DNA from: a virus | Taxonomy: Duplodnaviria > Caudoviricetes | IMG/VR virus record: IMGVR_UViG_3300011443_000036 | Location: 1-35,556 of that record | Reading direction: 5' to 3' (one strand) | DNA: 35,556 bases | Shown here: positions 15,894-24,120 of the stretch, piece by piece | Numbering within the stretch: position 1 is the first letter of the stretch | Layout: every line of letters starts with the position of its first letter | Position numbers and translations under genes: made by a program | The notes under the pieces: generated by a model | The model's database searches: none | Told to the model about the DNA's origin: nothing | The model's input: only the letters and a program-made list of their open reading frames with translations

Positions 15894-17488
15894 ACCGCCC
15901 CCCCATCATCCGTCTCTTCAACGACGAGCATTGCGCGGATCTATTTGCCGGTGGGGGAGGGACCTCCACCGGCATCGAGTCCGTCCTCGGGCGGTCGCCG
16001 GACGTCGCCATCAACCACGACCCCGAGGCGCTGGCGATGCACGAGACCAACCACCCGGGCACCGAGCACGCGTGCGAGAACGTCTTCGACGTGCACCCCG
16101 AGCAGCGATGGCCAGGTAGACGTTGGGGTTTTGCGTGGTTTTCGCCGGACTGCACGTTCCACTCGAAGGCGCGCGGTGGCAAGCCGTTTCGCGACCCGAA
16201 CCGGGCCCGCCGGATTCGCGGGCTCGCCGGCATCGTGGTGCGCTGGGCCGCCCAGGTCCGCCCCCGCATCCTGTTCGTCGAGAACGTCGAGGAGTTCAAG
16301 GACTGGTGCCCGCTCGACGCGGACGGCCTGCCGGACGCCAGCAAGCGCGGCGCGAACTTCCGACGCTGGGTCTCCCGGCTCAGGAACCTCGGCTACGACG
16401 TCGACTGGCGCGAGCTCCGCGCCTGTGACTTCGGCTCACCCACCTCGCGCAAGCGCCTGTTCGTCATCGCGCGCTGCGACGGCCGCCCCATCGTCTGGCC
16501 GTCCCCGACCCACGGCCCCAAGACCGCGCAACCGTATCGCACGGCGGCCGAGTGCATCGACTGGTCCATCCCCATCCCGTCGATCTTCCTGAACAAGCGG
16601 CAGGCGAAAGCGTGGGGCAAGGCCCACGGCGTCAACGCCCCGCTGCGTCCCCTCGCCCCCGCCACCATGCGCCGCATCGCCCGCGGCCTGCAGCGGTTCG
16701 TCATCAACTCGCCGCAACCGTTCATCGTGAAATACCACGCCGGCGCGCCGCGCGTGCACTCGGTCGAGGAGCCCATCCGCACGCTCGACACCGCGAACCG
16801 CTTCGCGCTCATCGCGCCGACCCTTATCCAGACCTCCTACGGGGAACGGAAAGGGCAGGCGCCGCGGACCCTCGACCTGCACGCCCCACTCGGGACCGTC
16901 GTGGCCGGCGGCATCAAGCATTCCCTGGTCGCCGCGTTCCTCGCGAAGCACAACGCCGGACACGAAGCCACCGGACAGAAGGTGTTGAAGCCGCTCGACA
17001 CCGTCACCACGCGCGACTCGAAGGCGCTCGTGACCAGCCATCTCGTGAAGCTCTACGGCACCAGCGTGACGGGCGCCTCCGTCACCGAGCCCCTACCCAC
17101 CGTCACCGCCACCGGCAACCACCTGGCGGAGGTCCGCGCCTTCCTCGTGAAGTTCTACGGCTCGAAGAAGGACGGCAAGCCGATGCAGCTCCCGCTCGAC
17201 ACGGTCACGACCAAGGAACGCTTCGGCCTCGTCACCGTGACCATCGACGGCGAGGAATACGCGATCGTCGACATCGGCATGAGGATGCTCACGCCGCGGG
17301 AACTGTTCCGCGCGCAGGGCTTCCCCGCCGACTACCGCATCGAGGCGGCCATCGGCACGCGGTTCAGGGACGCGGGCCCCCTGACGAAGAAGGCCCAGAC
17401 CCGACTTGTGGGAAACTCTGTGCCGCCACACGTCGCGGCGGCGCTCATCCGGGCGAATCTCGCCCCAGCGAAGGAGGTGGCGGCATGA
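15890..17488 (+). CDS. dcm: DNA (cytosine-5) methyltransferase
   Basis: Motif I DLFAGGGG, IV SPDC, VI ENV, VIII RKRLF, IX RMLTPREL..AQGFP, X GNSVPP; start at ATG 15890. Confidence 0.95.
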   Translation: MNRPPIIRLFNDEHCADLFAGGGGTSTGIESVLGRSPDVAINHDPEALAMHETNHPGTEHACENVFDVHPEQRWPGRRWGFAWFSPDCTFHSKARGGKPFRDPNRARRIRGLAGIVVRWAAQVRPRILFVENVEEFKDWCPLDADGLPDASKRGANFRRWVSRLRNLGYDVDWRELRACDFGSPTSRKRLFVIARCDGRPIVWPSPTHGPKTAQPYRTAAECIDWSIPIPSIFLNKRQAKAWGKAHGVNAPLRPLAPATMRRIARGLQRFVINSPQPFIVKYHAGAPRVHSVEEPIRTLDTANRFALIAPTLIQTSYGERKGQAPRTLDLHAPLGTVVAGGIKHSLVAAFLAKHNAGHEATGQKVLKPLDTVTTRDSKALVTSHLVKLYGTSVTGASVTEPLPTVTATGNHLAEVRAFLVKFYGSKKDGKPMQLPLDTVTTKERFGLVTVTIDGEEYAIVDIGMRMLTPRELFRAQGFPADYRIEAAIGTRFRDAGPLTKKAQTRLVGNSVPPHVAAALIRANLAPAKEVAA

Positions 17489-17724
17489 AGGTCTGGACGC
17501 TTCAATACCGACGGGAAGAGGCGGACGCTGAGGACTTCAACATCATCAGCCTCCACGAGACACGCGAGAGCGCCAAGGCGGAAGCTGAGTCCGACTCCGA
17601 CTCCGAGGAAGGCTTCACGTGGTCGGTTGTGCCCGGCAGCGGCGGCAACCAAGAGCTATTCAGCCGCGCCGATGACGATGAGAGCGCGTGCTATCTCGTG
17701 GAGGAATGGCCGGTGCGCCCGTGA
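17485..17724 (+). CDS. Acidic hypothetical protein (79 aa)
   Basis: AAGGAGG SD, ATGA overlap; MKVWTL...YLVEEWPV. Confidence 0.7.
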   Translation: MKVWTLQYRREEADAEDFNIISLHETRESAKAEAESDSDSEEGFTWSVVPGSGGNQELFSRADDDESACYLVEEWPVRP

Positions 17725-17912
17725 CCCTCAAGAAGAAGCGCGGCTACTCGCGCGCGTTCACGCCCGTCGGCCAGGGCGACGCCTACAAGCTCGACAAGAT
17801 ACCGGGCGACCTCTGGCTCCAGTTCCGCGCGCGCTGCGCCGGCATGGGCGTCAGCGTCCGCGCTCGGCTGCTCACCCTCATCACCCGTGACCTGCGAAGG
17901 AGGAGGCGGTAG
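17721..17912 (+). CDS. Arc-like ribbon-helix-helix regulator
   Basis: YKLDKIPGDLWLQFRARCAGMGVSVRARLLTLI matches the RHH pattern; GAGGA SD, GTGA overlap. Confidence 0.65.
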   Translation: MTLKKKRGYSRAFTPVGQGDAYKLDKIPGDLWLQFRARCAGMGVSVRARLLTLITRDLRRRRR

Positions 17913-18435
17913 CAGTCTTGCGATAGCGGCGACCCTTCGCGACGGCATCTATAGAGTTGTCGCGAGGGGTCCCAAGCGTCAGGTGCTCAGGATTGATACA
18001 GGCCGGCACGTCGCACGTGTGCATCACGAGCATTCCCGCCGGGATTTCACCAATAAATAGACGGTAGGCAACGCGGTGCGCCAGCTCTTGGCTCTGGATG
18101 GCCCCATTGCGACGGACCGTGATCTGTCCGTAGTGGTGCGGGCGGTTCGACCACAGCCAGCATCCATTCGGCCCAAGAGTGAAGCGCGCCTTCAGGTAGT
18201 TGATGTCGACGGTGATCTGTCGAGTCGCGATATAGCACTCACGTGAGCAGTATCGTCGAGGCCGGAAACGAGCGGACGTGACGAGCACCCCGCAGTGCGC
18301 GCAAGGTTGCTCGACTCGGCTAATAGCCATCACGCACGCCATCGAACAGAACGGTCCGCCAGGGCGCCGCTCAAGTAAAAGCGTTGAGGTTTCAAACTCG
18401 CGCTGACAGAACTTGCAAATCGCTGTCGTCTTCAT
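17881..18435 (-). CDS. HNH endonuclease (HNH_3) with two N-terminal CxxC...CS Zn repeats
   Basis: CKFC..FCSMAC, CAHC..YCSREC, CWLW, AHRVAY, HTCDVPACINPEHL; the only convincing minus-strand gene. Confidence 0.88.
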   Translation of the reverse strand: MKTTAICKFCQREFETSTLLLERRPGGPFCSMACVMAISRVEQPCAHCGVLVTSARFRPRRYCSRECYIATRQITVDINYLKARFTLGPNGCWLWSNRPHHYGQITVRRNGAIQSQELAHRVAYRLFIGEIPAGMLVMHTCDVPACINPEHLTLGTPRDNSIDAVAKGRRYRKTATASSFAGHG

Positions 18436-18466
18436 CGGCTTATTATAACTGACGCTGCCGTCAGTT
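18436..18466 (-). promoter_or_regulatory. -10 box (TATAAT) and 8-bp inverted repeat in the divergent gap
   Basis: Minus-strand TATAAT at 18447-18442, 6 nt before the HNH ATG; AACTGACG-ctgc-CGTCAGTT at 18447-18466. Confidence 0.55.
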
Positions 18467-18470
18467 TGTA

Positions 18471-19070
18471 TTGACCGAAGCGCAAGTTTCCCCCATACTC
18501 GACCTCATCGTGCGCCAACTCGAGGATAGCTTCGCGCTCGCGCCGGACGCGCAGGCCATCTGCGTGCGCCTCATCGAGGAGGTCGACGCCTTCGCCCATC
18601 TCGGGCAGGCCCTGTTCGCGTGCGTCCTCTCCCAGCCCCTGGTCTCCCTCCGCGGCGACGAATGCAACGCCCTGGTCGGCGTCCCCACGATGCAGGGCCC
18701 GTTCAAGCGCATGTCCGATTGGATGTTCGCGCAGGTCTGCGCGCCCGTGCTCGATTGGGAAGAGCCCGACTTCCTCGTCCTGATTGACGCGGCCGTCTGG
18801 TCCACGCTCGATGCCGTGCGGCAAGAGCGCCTGATGTTCCACGAACTGAAACACGTGGTCGCACGCGAAAACGAGTATGGCGTCCCGAAGCTCGATGCTG
18901 AAGGTAGACCCATGCTGAGGTTGCAACGCCATGACGAAGAGTTCTTCCACGACGAAGTCACGCGCTACGGCGCCCACGTCTGCGGCCTCGAAGACGCCGC
19001 GCTCGCGATCGCGGACGGCATCCGCAAAGACCGCCGCGACGCGCTCACGGAGAGCGGCAAAACCGCGTAA
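18471..19070 (+). CDS. Putative phage metallopeptidase
   Basis: PDFLVLID, HELKH (HExxH), HDEEFF..V.RYG; usual position upstream of terminase. Confidence 0.82.
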   Translation: MTEAQVSPILDLIVRQLEDSFALAPDAQAICVRLIEEVDAFAHLGQALFACVLSQPLVSLRGDECNALVGVPTMQGPFKRMSDWMFAQVCAPVLDWEEPDFLVLIDAAVWSTLDAVRQERLMFHELKHVVARENEYGVPKLDAEGRPMLRLQRHDEEFFHDEVTRYGAHVCGLEDAALAIADGIRKDRRDALTESGKTA

Positions 19071-19590
19071 GCCGCCGGTTGCAGAAGGGATACAGCGCCA
19101 CGCCTACGACGGCGTGACCCCGCGACCCTCGTGGCGCCGCTACCTCCAGGCGTACGCCGAGCTCCTCGACGAGGGGAAACCGGCCACCGAGACCGCGATC
19201 GCCAAGGTCCTCGGCATCACCCGCATGTCGCTGTGGCGCATCCATCGGCGTAACCCTGGCCTCGCGCGCTGGGTGCACACCCAATTCAACGCCTCGAACG
19301 AGCATCTCATTGGGCCCGTCGTGCGGATGCTCGGCACGACGGCGCTCCGCACGAAGTCACCGAAGCACGCCGAGCTGTTCTTGAAGGCGGTCGGAGCCAT
19401 CGACGCACGGGACGGCGGCGCCGACCAGGGTGAGGCCGTTGGCGCGCCGGTCGGCACGTTCACCATGAACTTCCTTGTCCCGGCGCCTCCCATCCCCGTC
19501 GCGGTGCAGGAGCAGGCGGCCAAACGCTTGCCGCCGCCGATGACGTTCGACGTCCAGGCGGTCTCGGTGCCAGCGGTGACGAGCCGATGA
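18931..19590 (+). CDS. terS: Probable terminase small subunit (HTH)
   Basis: TAIAKVLGITRMSLWR HTH followed by helices (...AELFLKAVG); position upstream of terL; start uncertain. Confidence 0.55.
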   Translation: MTKSSSTTKSRATAPTSAASKTPRSRSRTASAKTAATRSRRAAKPRKPPVAEGIQRHAYDGVTPRPSWRRYLQAYAELLDEGKPATETAIAKVLGITRMSLWRIHRRNPGLARWVHTQFNASNEHLIGPVVRMLGTTALRTKSPKHAELFLKAVGAIDARDGGADQGEAVGAPVGTFTMNFLVPAPPIPVAVQEQAAKRLPPPMTFDVQAVSVPAVTSR

Positions 19591-19886
19591 CGCCGCAAGC
19601 GGACGGCGCAGGCGGCACGTCGAGTGCCTGGGGTGCTGACGCGTTCGCACAGCCACTCTCGATTGACAGGAATGGCGCGCTGCGCGTGACGGTTGTCAGC
19701 GAAGGCGGCTTGCCCGTGCGCATCGTGGAGCCACAGCTTGACGCCGGCCCTTGGCTGGTGGTCGTGCTCCTCCTCGTTTGGGCGTTCGTGCTCTGGCGGC
19801 TGCGGTCCTACGGGGAGATGCGCCGCGACCTCCAGCACCCGAGCGAGATCGCACCGGACGGCTGCTACGACGAGGAGGGGGCGTGA
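19587..19886 (+). CDS. Membrane protein with N-terminal fibre-like motifs
   Basis: ATGA coupling; TM helix WLVVVLLLVWAFVLW; N-terminus matches motifs of the 33441 protein. Confidence 0.65.
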   Translation: MTPQADGAGGTSSAWGADAFAQPLSIDRNGALRVTVVSEGGLPVRIVEPQLDAGPWLVVVLLLVWAFVLWRLRSYGEMRRDLQHPSEIAPDGCYDEEGA

Positions 19887-20138
19887 GCGAGACGGTCTAC
19901 CGCGTGTTCAGGTGCCCGACCTGCCGGCGGCGGCGCCATAATCATCCCCACGCACCAGACGACGGACCGCTGGAAGAACGACTACCAGCACTGGATCTGC
20001 TCACGTGGGCACAAGTGGCGCGTCCAGATCGGGAACAGCTACATGCTGAACCGGCTTCTCAAGCGCGAATTCCTGCCGCTCATCGTGCAGGAGCTGAACC
20101 GGCCGAGCGTGTTGCTGGAGATGATGGGTCTGGCATGA
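19883..20138 (+). pseudogene. Frameshifted Zn-ribbon gene ending in an MCP-like helix
   Basis: Strong SD and GTG 19883 give MSETVYRVFRCPTC. Removing one base near 19925 continues GGGAIIIPTHQ...WICSRGHKW...LLEMMGLA to TGA 20136-38, which overlaps the next ATG. Confidence 0.6.
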
Positions 20139-20431
20139 CTATCGTGGGCCTCTCCCTGCTCGCGTTCGTGCTCGTGGCGGACGTGTCGCGCGCCCTGTGG
20201 AAGCGGCGACACGCACGCGAGGCGCCACCTCCGGCCGTCTCGTTCGATGAGGAGGAGTCCTGTCCCTACTGTGACCACGCCTCACGGGAGCTGGCAGAGC
20301 GCGATCGTGAGGTGCGTCGACTACGCGCCGAGGTGGAGCGCCTCTCCGCGCTGGACGTGGAGATCATCCGTGCCGCGCAGGATGCGCACTACGCGCGCCT
20401 CGGGATTCCCTACATCGGAGGCCGCGCATGA
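20135..20431 (+). CDS. Membrane-anchored protein with CxxC and coiled coil (98 aa)
   Basis: ATG 20135; MTIVGLSLLAFVLVA TM; CPYC; heptad-like ELAERDREVRRLRAEVERL. Confidence 0.65.
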   Translation: MTIVGLSLLAFVLVADVSRALWKRRHAREAPPPAVSFDEEESCPYCDHASRELAERDREVRRLRAEVERLSALDVEIIRAAQDAHYARLGIPYIGGRA

Positions 20432-20637
20432 ACGACCGACGCATCGCGATTGCTCTCCCTGACGGCTTCGAGTCGCTCCCCACGAGACGCCTGGTCGTGC
20501 CGGTCATCGTCAACTGGTTCCCGCAGCTCACGGAGGAGCAGACCATGGCGAACGCGCTCGCGGCGGTGCATGGCAAGCCGCGGCCGTTCAAGGACCCCAA
20601 CCTCATCGACGTCGAGATCACGGTGGACCCGCGATGA
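20428..20637 (+). CDS. Hypothetical protein (69 aa)
   Basis: GGAGG SD; ATGA coupling at both ends. Confidence 0.65.
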   Translation: MNDRRIAIALPDGFESLPTRRLVVPVIVNWFPQLTEEQTMANALAAVHGKPRPFKDPNLIDVEITVDPR

Positions 20638-21458
20638 CTGTCCGCCAGTGGTTCCGCCAGATGCGCGCGGCCGACTTCGCGCGCGACATTCCGCCGGCGC
20701 TCGGCGGCAGCCTGCTCACCGAATGGGGACATTGGACGCTCTTCGACACACAGCGCGAGGTGGACAAGGCGACCACAGGGCACTACTGGACGCATGATTA
20801 CGAGTTCTGGTTCTCTCTACGCGTCGATGACGTCGCGATGCCGGTATTGCTGCCGCGTCCGCTTGACCAGAAGCCGGCGCTCGAAGAGCAGTGGGCGCAG
20901 ACGCGGCCGATCTTCTCCTCGAAGGTCCAGACGAGCAGCCCACTCACGTTCGACGACATACACCAGGCGCTCGGCAACCTCACGGTCGGCCCGCTCCCAA
21001 GCGATAAGGACTTCCTCGCGAATCAGCGGGCGTTCGCCAATTACCAATGGCCGTTCGCGGAAGGGTTCTTGGAACCGGCGGTCCCGCGCCGGCTGAAGCA
21101 ATACCAGTACCTCCTCACCGCCGACCGGCGCTATCCCAAGTCGGGATTCGAGGCGGCGTTACTCGCAGACGACGAGGAGTCTCGGAGAGACCGGGCTGGT
21201 CAGATACACGAGGGACAACCCCCAACGGCTGACCATGTCTCATGCCCGGTCTCTCAGGGGCTCGACCCCGCGATCACGGCGCCGCTTGATGTCGAGGCGG
21301 TGCGCCGCGTGTTCCAGCCGAAGCCGCGCGTCTACTTCCGTGACGGATGGTGGTGGTGCTCGGACGGCATCACTCGATACCAAGGGTTGAGCGCCGCGGC
21401 GGCTATTGTTGACTTCTTCAACCACCGTGGAGATCCCTCCGCGACGACACGCCTATGA
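20634..21458 (+). CDS. Mosaic hypothetical protein containing MCP-like segments
   Basis: ATGA coupling; aa 90-113 and 152-167 match MCP aa 277-301 and 322-335. Confidence 0.65.
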   Translation: MTVRQWFRQMRAADFARDIPPALGGSLLTEWGHWTLFDTQREVDKATTGHYWTHDYEFWFSLRVDDVAMPVLLPRPLDQKPALEEQWAQTRPIFSSKVQTSSPLTFDDIHQALGNLTVGPLPSDKDFLANQRAFANYQWPFAEGFLEPAVPRRLKQYQYLLTADRRYPKSGFEAALLADDEESRRDRAGQIHEGQPPTADHVSCPVSQGLDPAITAPLDVEAVRRVFQPKPRVYFRDGWWWCSDGITRYQGLSAAAAIVDFFNHRGDPSATTRL

Positions 21459-22024
21459 CTCGATGGCCTCGTGGCTCCACCGCCATGCCGGCGAGTCCGT
21501 GCCTCTTCGAGTCGCGACAAAGCGTGCGGGCGTTCGAGCGACATCGGGTGGTGACGTGGGCCGAGCGGCAGACGGTCGACCTTGAACCCGTGCCGTTCGT
21601 GGCCCCCGAGCTGGTCCCGCGACCGCGCGCGGTCGAGGACAACCGTCATCTCTTACGCGAGCAAGAGATGCAGCGCCGTCCACCGACATACCGCGGCACG
21701 GACGGCGCCACACTAGCGGCCTGTCCGTACTCCCAGCGCCAACACTGGACCCAAGAGCAGCAAGAAGCGTTCGGCCGATATCGGCGCGCGCAAGCGAAAG
21801 CGCGCGTGACCGCTCGGACCCGCGCGAAACCACCACGGCCGCCGGTGAAACCGCCCGTGTTGTGTCGTGAGGTGCCAAGTGTGCCGTTCGATGTGCCACG
21901 CCTGCCGTTCTCGCGGCTGTTGGGGCGGCTCTTCGACACGGCGATCTGCCCACGGTGCGGGGCCAGCGCGCGGCAATTCAGCGACCGTATTAGCTGCAGC
22001 GCCTGTCGCTGCGATTACTACTGA
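21455..22024 (+). CDS. Hypothetical protein with C-terminal Zn ribbon
   Basis: CPRCG...CSAC; TGATG coupling to terL. Confidence 0.55.
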   Translation: MTRWPRGSTAMPASPCLFESRQSVRAFERHRVVTWAERQTVDLEPVPFVAPELVPRPRAVEDNRHLLREQEMQRRPPTYRGTDGATLAACPYSQRQHWTQEQQEAFGRYRRAQAKARVTARTRAKPPRPPVKPPVLCREVPSVPFDVPRLPFSRLLGRLFDTAICPRCGASARQFSDRISCSACRCDYY

Positions 22025-23850
22025 TGAGCGTCCTCGACACCATCGGCCAGGAGCGCCGACGGGCCGTCACGCCCATTCTCCACTTCCCCGAGCTGCGGCG
22101 CCGCCATCGGAACCGCGCGACGAAACAGCGCAAGCACCCCTCCGAATACACCTTCGGCTACCTCCATCCCGAGGGGCACTGCCCGCACGAGCCGCCCTGC
22201 TCGAAGCCCGGGATGCTGCCGGCCGGCGGGAACGACCCCGGTTCGCGGTGTATGCCACAGCCGAAACAGGCGCTGGCGCACATCTCGACGGCCGACATCT
22301 TGTTCTACGGCGGCGCGGTCGGGGGCGGCAAGAGCGAGTACGCCATCGTCGAGGCGTGCATGTTGGCGCTGCGCTTCCCTGGCAGCAAGGTCGCCATCTT
22401 CCGGCGCACACGGAAGGAACTCGAACAGGAGCTGATGGGCCGGTTGCTGCTCCTGACCTGGGCGGGCGACCCGAACATGAAGGGCCCGAACGGGCGGCCG
22501 TTCGCCAAGTACAACAGCCAGCAGGGCAAGCTCACGTTCTGGAACGGCTCAGAGATTTGGCTCTGCTACTGCGAGCGCGAATCCCACGTCTACAAGTATC
22601 AGTCGTTCCAGATCATCGGGCTCTTCTTCGACGAGTCGAGCCACTTCACCGAGACGCAGGTCAACTACCTCATCACCCGCGTGCGCGCCGCGCGTCGAGG
22701 CGTCCCGAAGGTTATTCGGCTCACGTCGAACCCGGGCAACGTCGGCCACGGGTGGCACAAGCGATGGTTCGTGCGGCCGACACCCGAGGAGCTCGGCGGC
22801 CGGTTGCCCCCGCAACCCTTCGAGATTTGGCGACCGCGGCCGACGCTCAAGGACCGGCGCGCGCCCGAGGACATTCCCACGCGGCAGTTCATCCCGGCGT
22901 GGTTCAAGGACAACCTGGCGCTGGTCGCGGCCGACCCGAACTACCTCAAGTCGCGCGTCATGGGCATCGGCGGCGACAAGGCGAAGCAGCTCGCGGAAGG
23001 CGATTGGGACGCGAACGAGTCGATGATCGCCGGTAGCGTGTGGAAGGCGCACCACTTCGTCACGTCGCAGGACGTCGCGCTGCTCCGGGCCTACCCGCAC
23101 TTGGCCCTGCGCGCGGATCTCTTCGGTGAGCCCATCTCGTGGCACGTGCTGGAGCAGCCACAGTGGCGCCCGCCAGTCGGTTCACACATCTTCGGCTCGG
23201 TCGACTACGGGTATGGCGCGCCCTGGTCCTTCCATCTCCATGCGGCGCTGCCGGGCGGGAAGGTGCGGACGTTCTTCGAGGACTACGGTCCCCGGAAACG
23301 CGACGTCGACCAGGCGAAGATCATCAAGCGCGCGCTGGAGCGCCTGACGTTCAGCGACGGCAAGACGGCGCTCATGGAAGGCATCCAGTGGATCGTCTAC
23401 GACCCGTCGATGCGGAACTCGCGTCAGGAGATGGGCCTCGCCAAGAGCATCATCGAGGTCTATCAGGATGCGATGCCGAATGTGCAGTTCATGCCAGGGG
23501 CGGCGGGGCGTCCGGCCCGGCTCTCTCGCCCGAACCGTTGGATGGACGCACTCGCGCCGGGAGAGGACGGCCTGCCGTACTGGTCCTGTACGACAGGCTG
23601 TCCCGACCTGATTCGCACGGTGCCGGACGTGCCGTGGGACGAGGACGACCCCGAAGTGGAGGACGACGCATCCGAGAACCACGCCTACGAGGACGTCGGT
23701 CGGTTCTTCGAGGCGCGGCCGTTCTCACCGCGGGCGAAGGCGGAGGACCTGTATCAGGAACTCGACCCGGTCTCGCGCGCGCACCACCTGGCGCAGGACA
23801 AGGCCCGCGAGGGCGGATCGACGGTGCCGCAGCTCTACGCGCGGCAGTGA
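22024..23850 (+). CDS. terL: Terminase large subunit
   Basis: PQPKQ, Walker A YGGAVGGGKS, Walker B FFDE, TSNPG coupling motif, nuclease DYGY, DPS, NHAYED. Confidence 0.95.
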   Translation: MSVLDTIGQERRRAVTPILHFPELRRRHRNRATKQRKHPSEYTFGYLHPEGHCPHEPPCSKPGMLPAGGNDPGSRCMPQPKQALAHISTADILFYGGAVGGGKSEYAIVEACMLALRFPGSKVAIFRRTRKELEQELMGRLLLLTWAGDPNMKGPNGRPFAKYNSQQGKLTFWNGSEIWLCYCERESHVYKYQSFQIIGLFFDESSHFTETQVNYLITRVRAARRGVPKVIRLTSNPGNVGHGWHKRWFVRPTPEELGGRLPPQPFEIWRPRPTLKDRRAPEDIPTRQFIPAWFKDNLALVAADPNYLKSRVMGIGGDKAKQLAEGDWDANESMIAGSVWKAHHFVTSQDVALLRAYPHLALRADLFGEPISWHVLEQPQWRPPVGSHIFGSVDYGYGAPWSFHLHAALPGGKVRTFFEDYGPRKRDVDQAKIIKRALERLTFSDGKTALMEGIQWIVYDPSMRNSRQEMGLAKSIIEVYQDAMPNVQFMPGAAGRPARLSRPNRWMDALAPGEDGLPYWSCTTGCPDLIRTVPDVPWDEDDPEVEDDASENHAYEDVGRFFEARPFSPRAKAEDLYQELDPVSRAHHLAQDKAREGGSTVPQLYARQ

Positions 23851-23861
23851 GGGAGGAGCAC

Positions 23862-24101
23862 ATGCGAGAAGAAGACACGCTTCGGTGGAAGATCGCCCAC
23901 GGCTGGTGGCACGTCCGCGTGTATTGGCCGGCGTGCGTTCGGCACTGGTGGCACTGGAAGCTGCCGCGATGGGTCTGTTATCGGGTGCCGCGGAAAGTGG
24001 TCTACTTCGCGTTCATCCGCGTCTACGCGATCCTCGGACAGGGCCCTGGTCCTGACGTCATCGACGCGATGAACCGATGGGAAGCTGGCGAGGGGCGCTG
24101 A
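23862..24101 (+). CDS. Trp-rich hypothetical protein (79 aa)
   Basis: GGAGGAG SD before ATG 23862. Confidence 0.65.
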   Translation: MREEDTLRWKIAHGWWHVRVYWPACVRHWWHWKLPRWVCYRVPRKVVYFAFIRVYAILGQGPGPDVIDAMNRWEAGEGR

Positions 24102-24120
24102 CCCTAACGTCAACAAAGTA

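Noticed and set aside
16552-17484. 390-aa alternative-frame ORF inside the methyltransferase
   Set aside because: Arg/Pro-rich shadow sequence; only the last 79 codons from ATG 17485 have an SD and look like a gene
14124-17488. Nuclease plus methyltransferase as a restriction-modification system
   Set aside because: The nuclease is a small DUF559/Vsr-like type common in phages and is separated from the methyltransferase by a promoter and four genes
19751-20431. 226-aa ORF as a single gene
   Set aside because: Better explained as the start of the frameshifted 19883 gene plus a separate gene from ATG 20135; SD positions and ATGA coupling support the split
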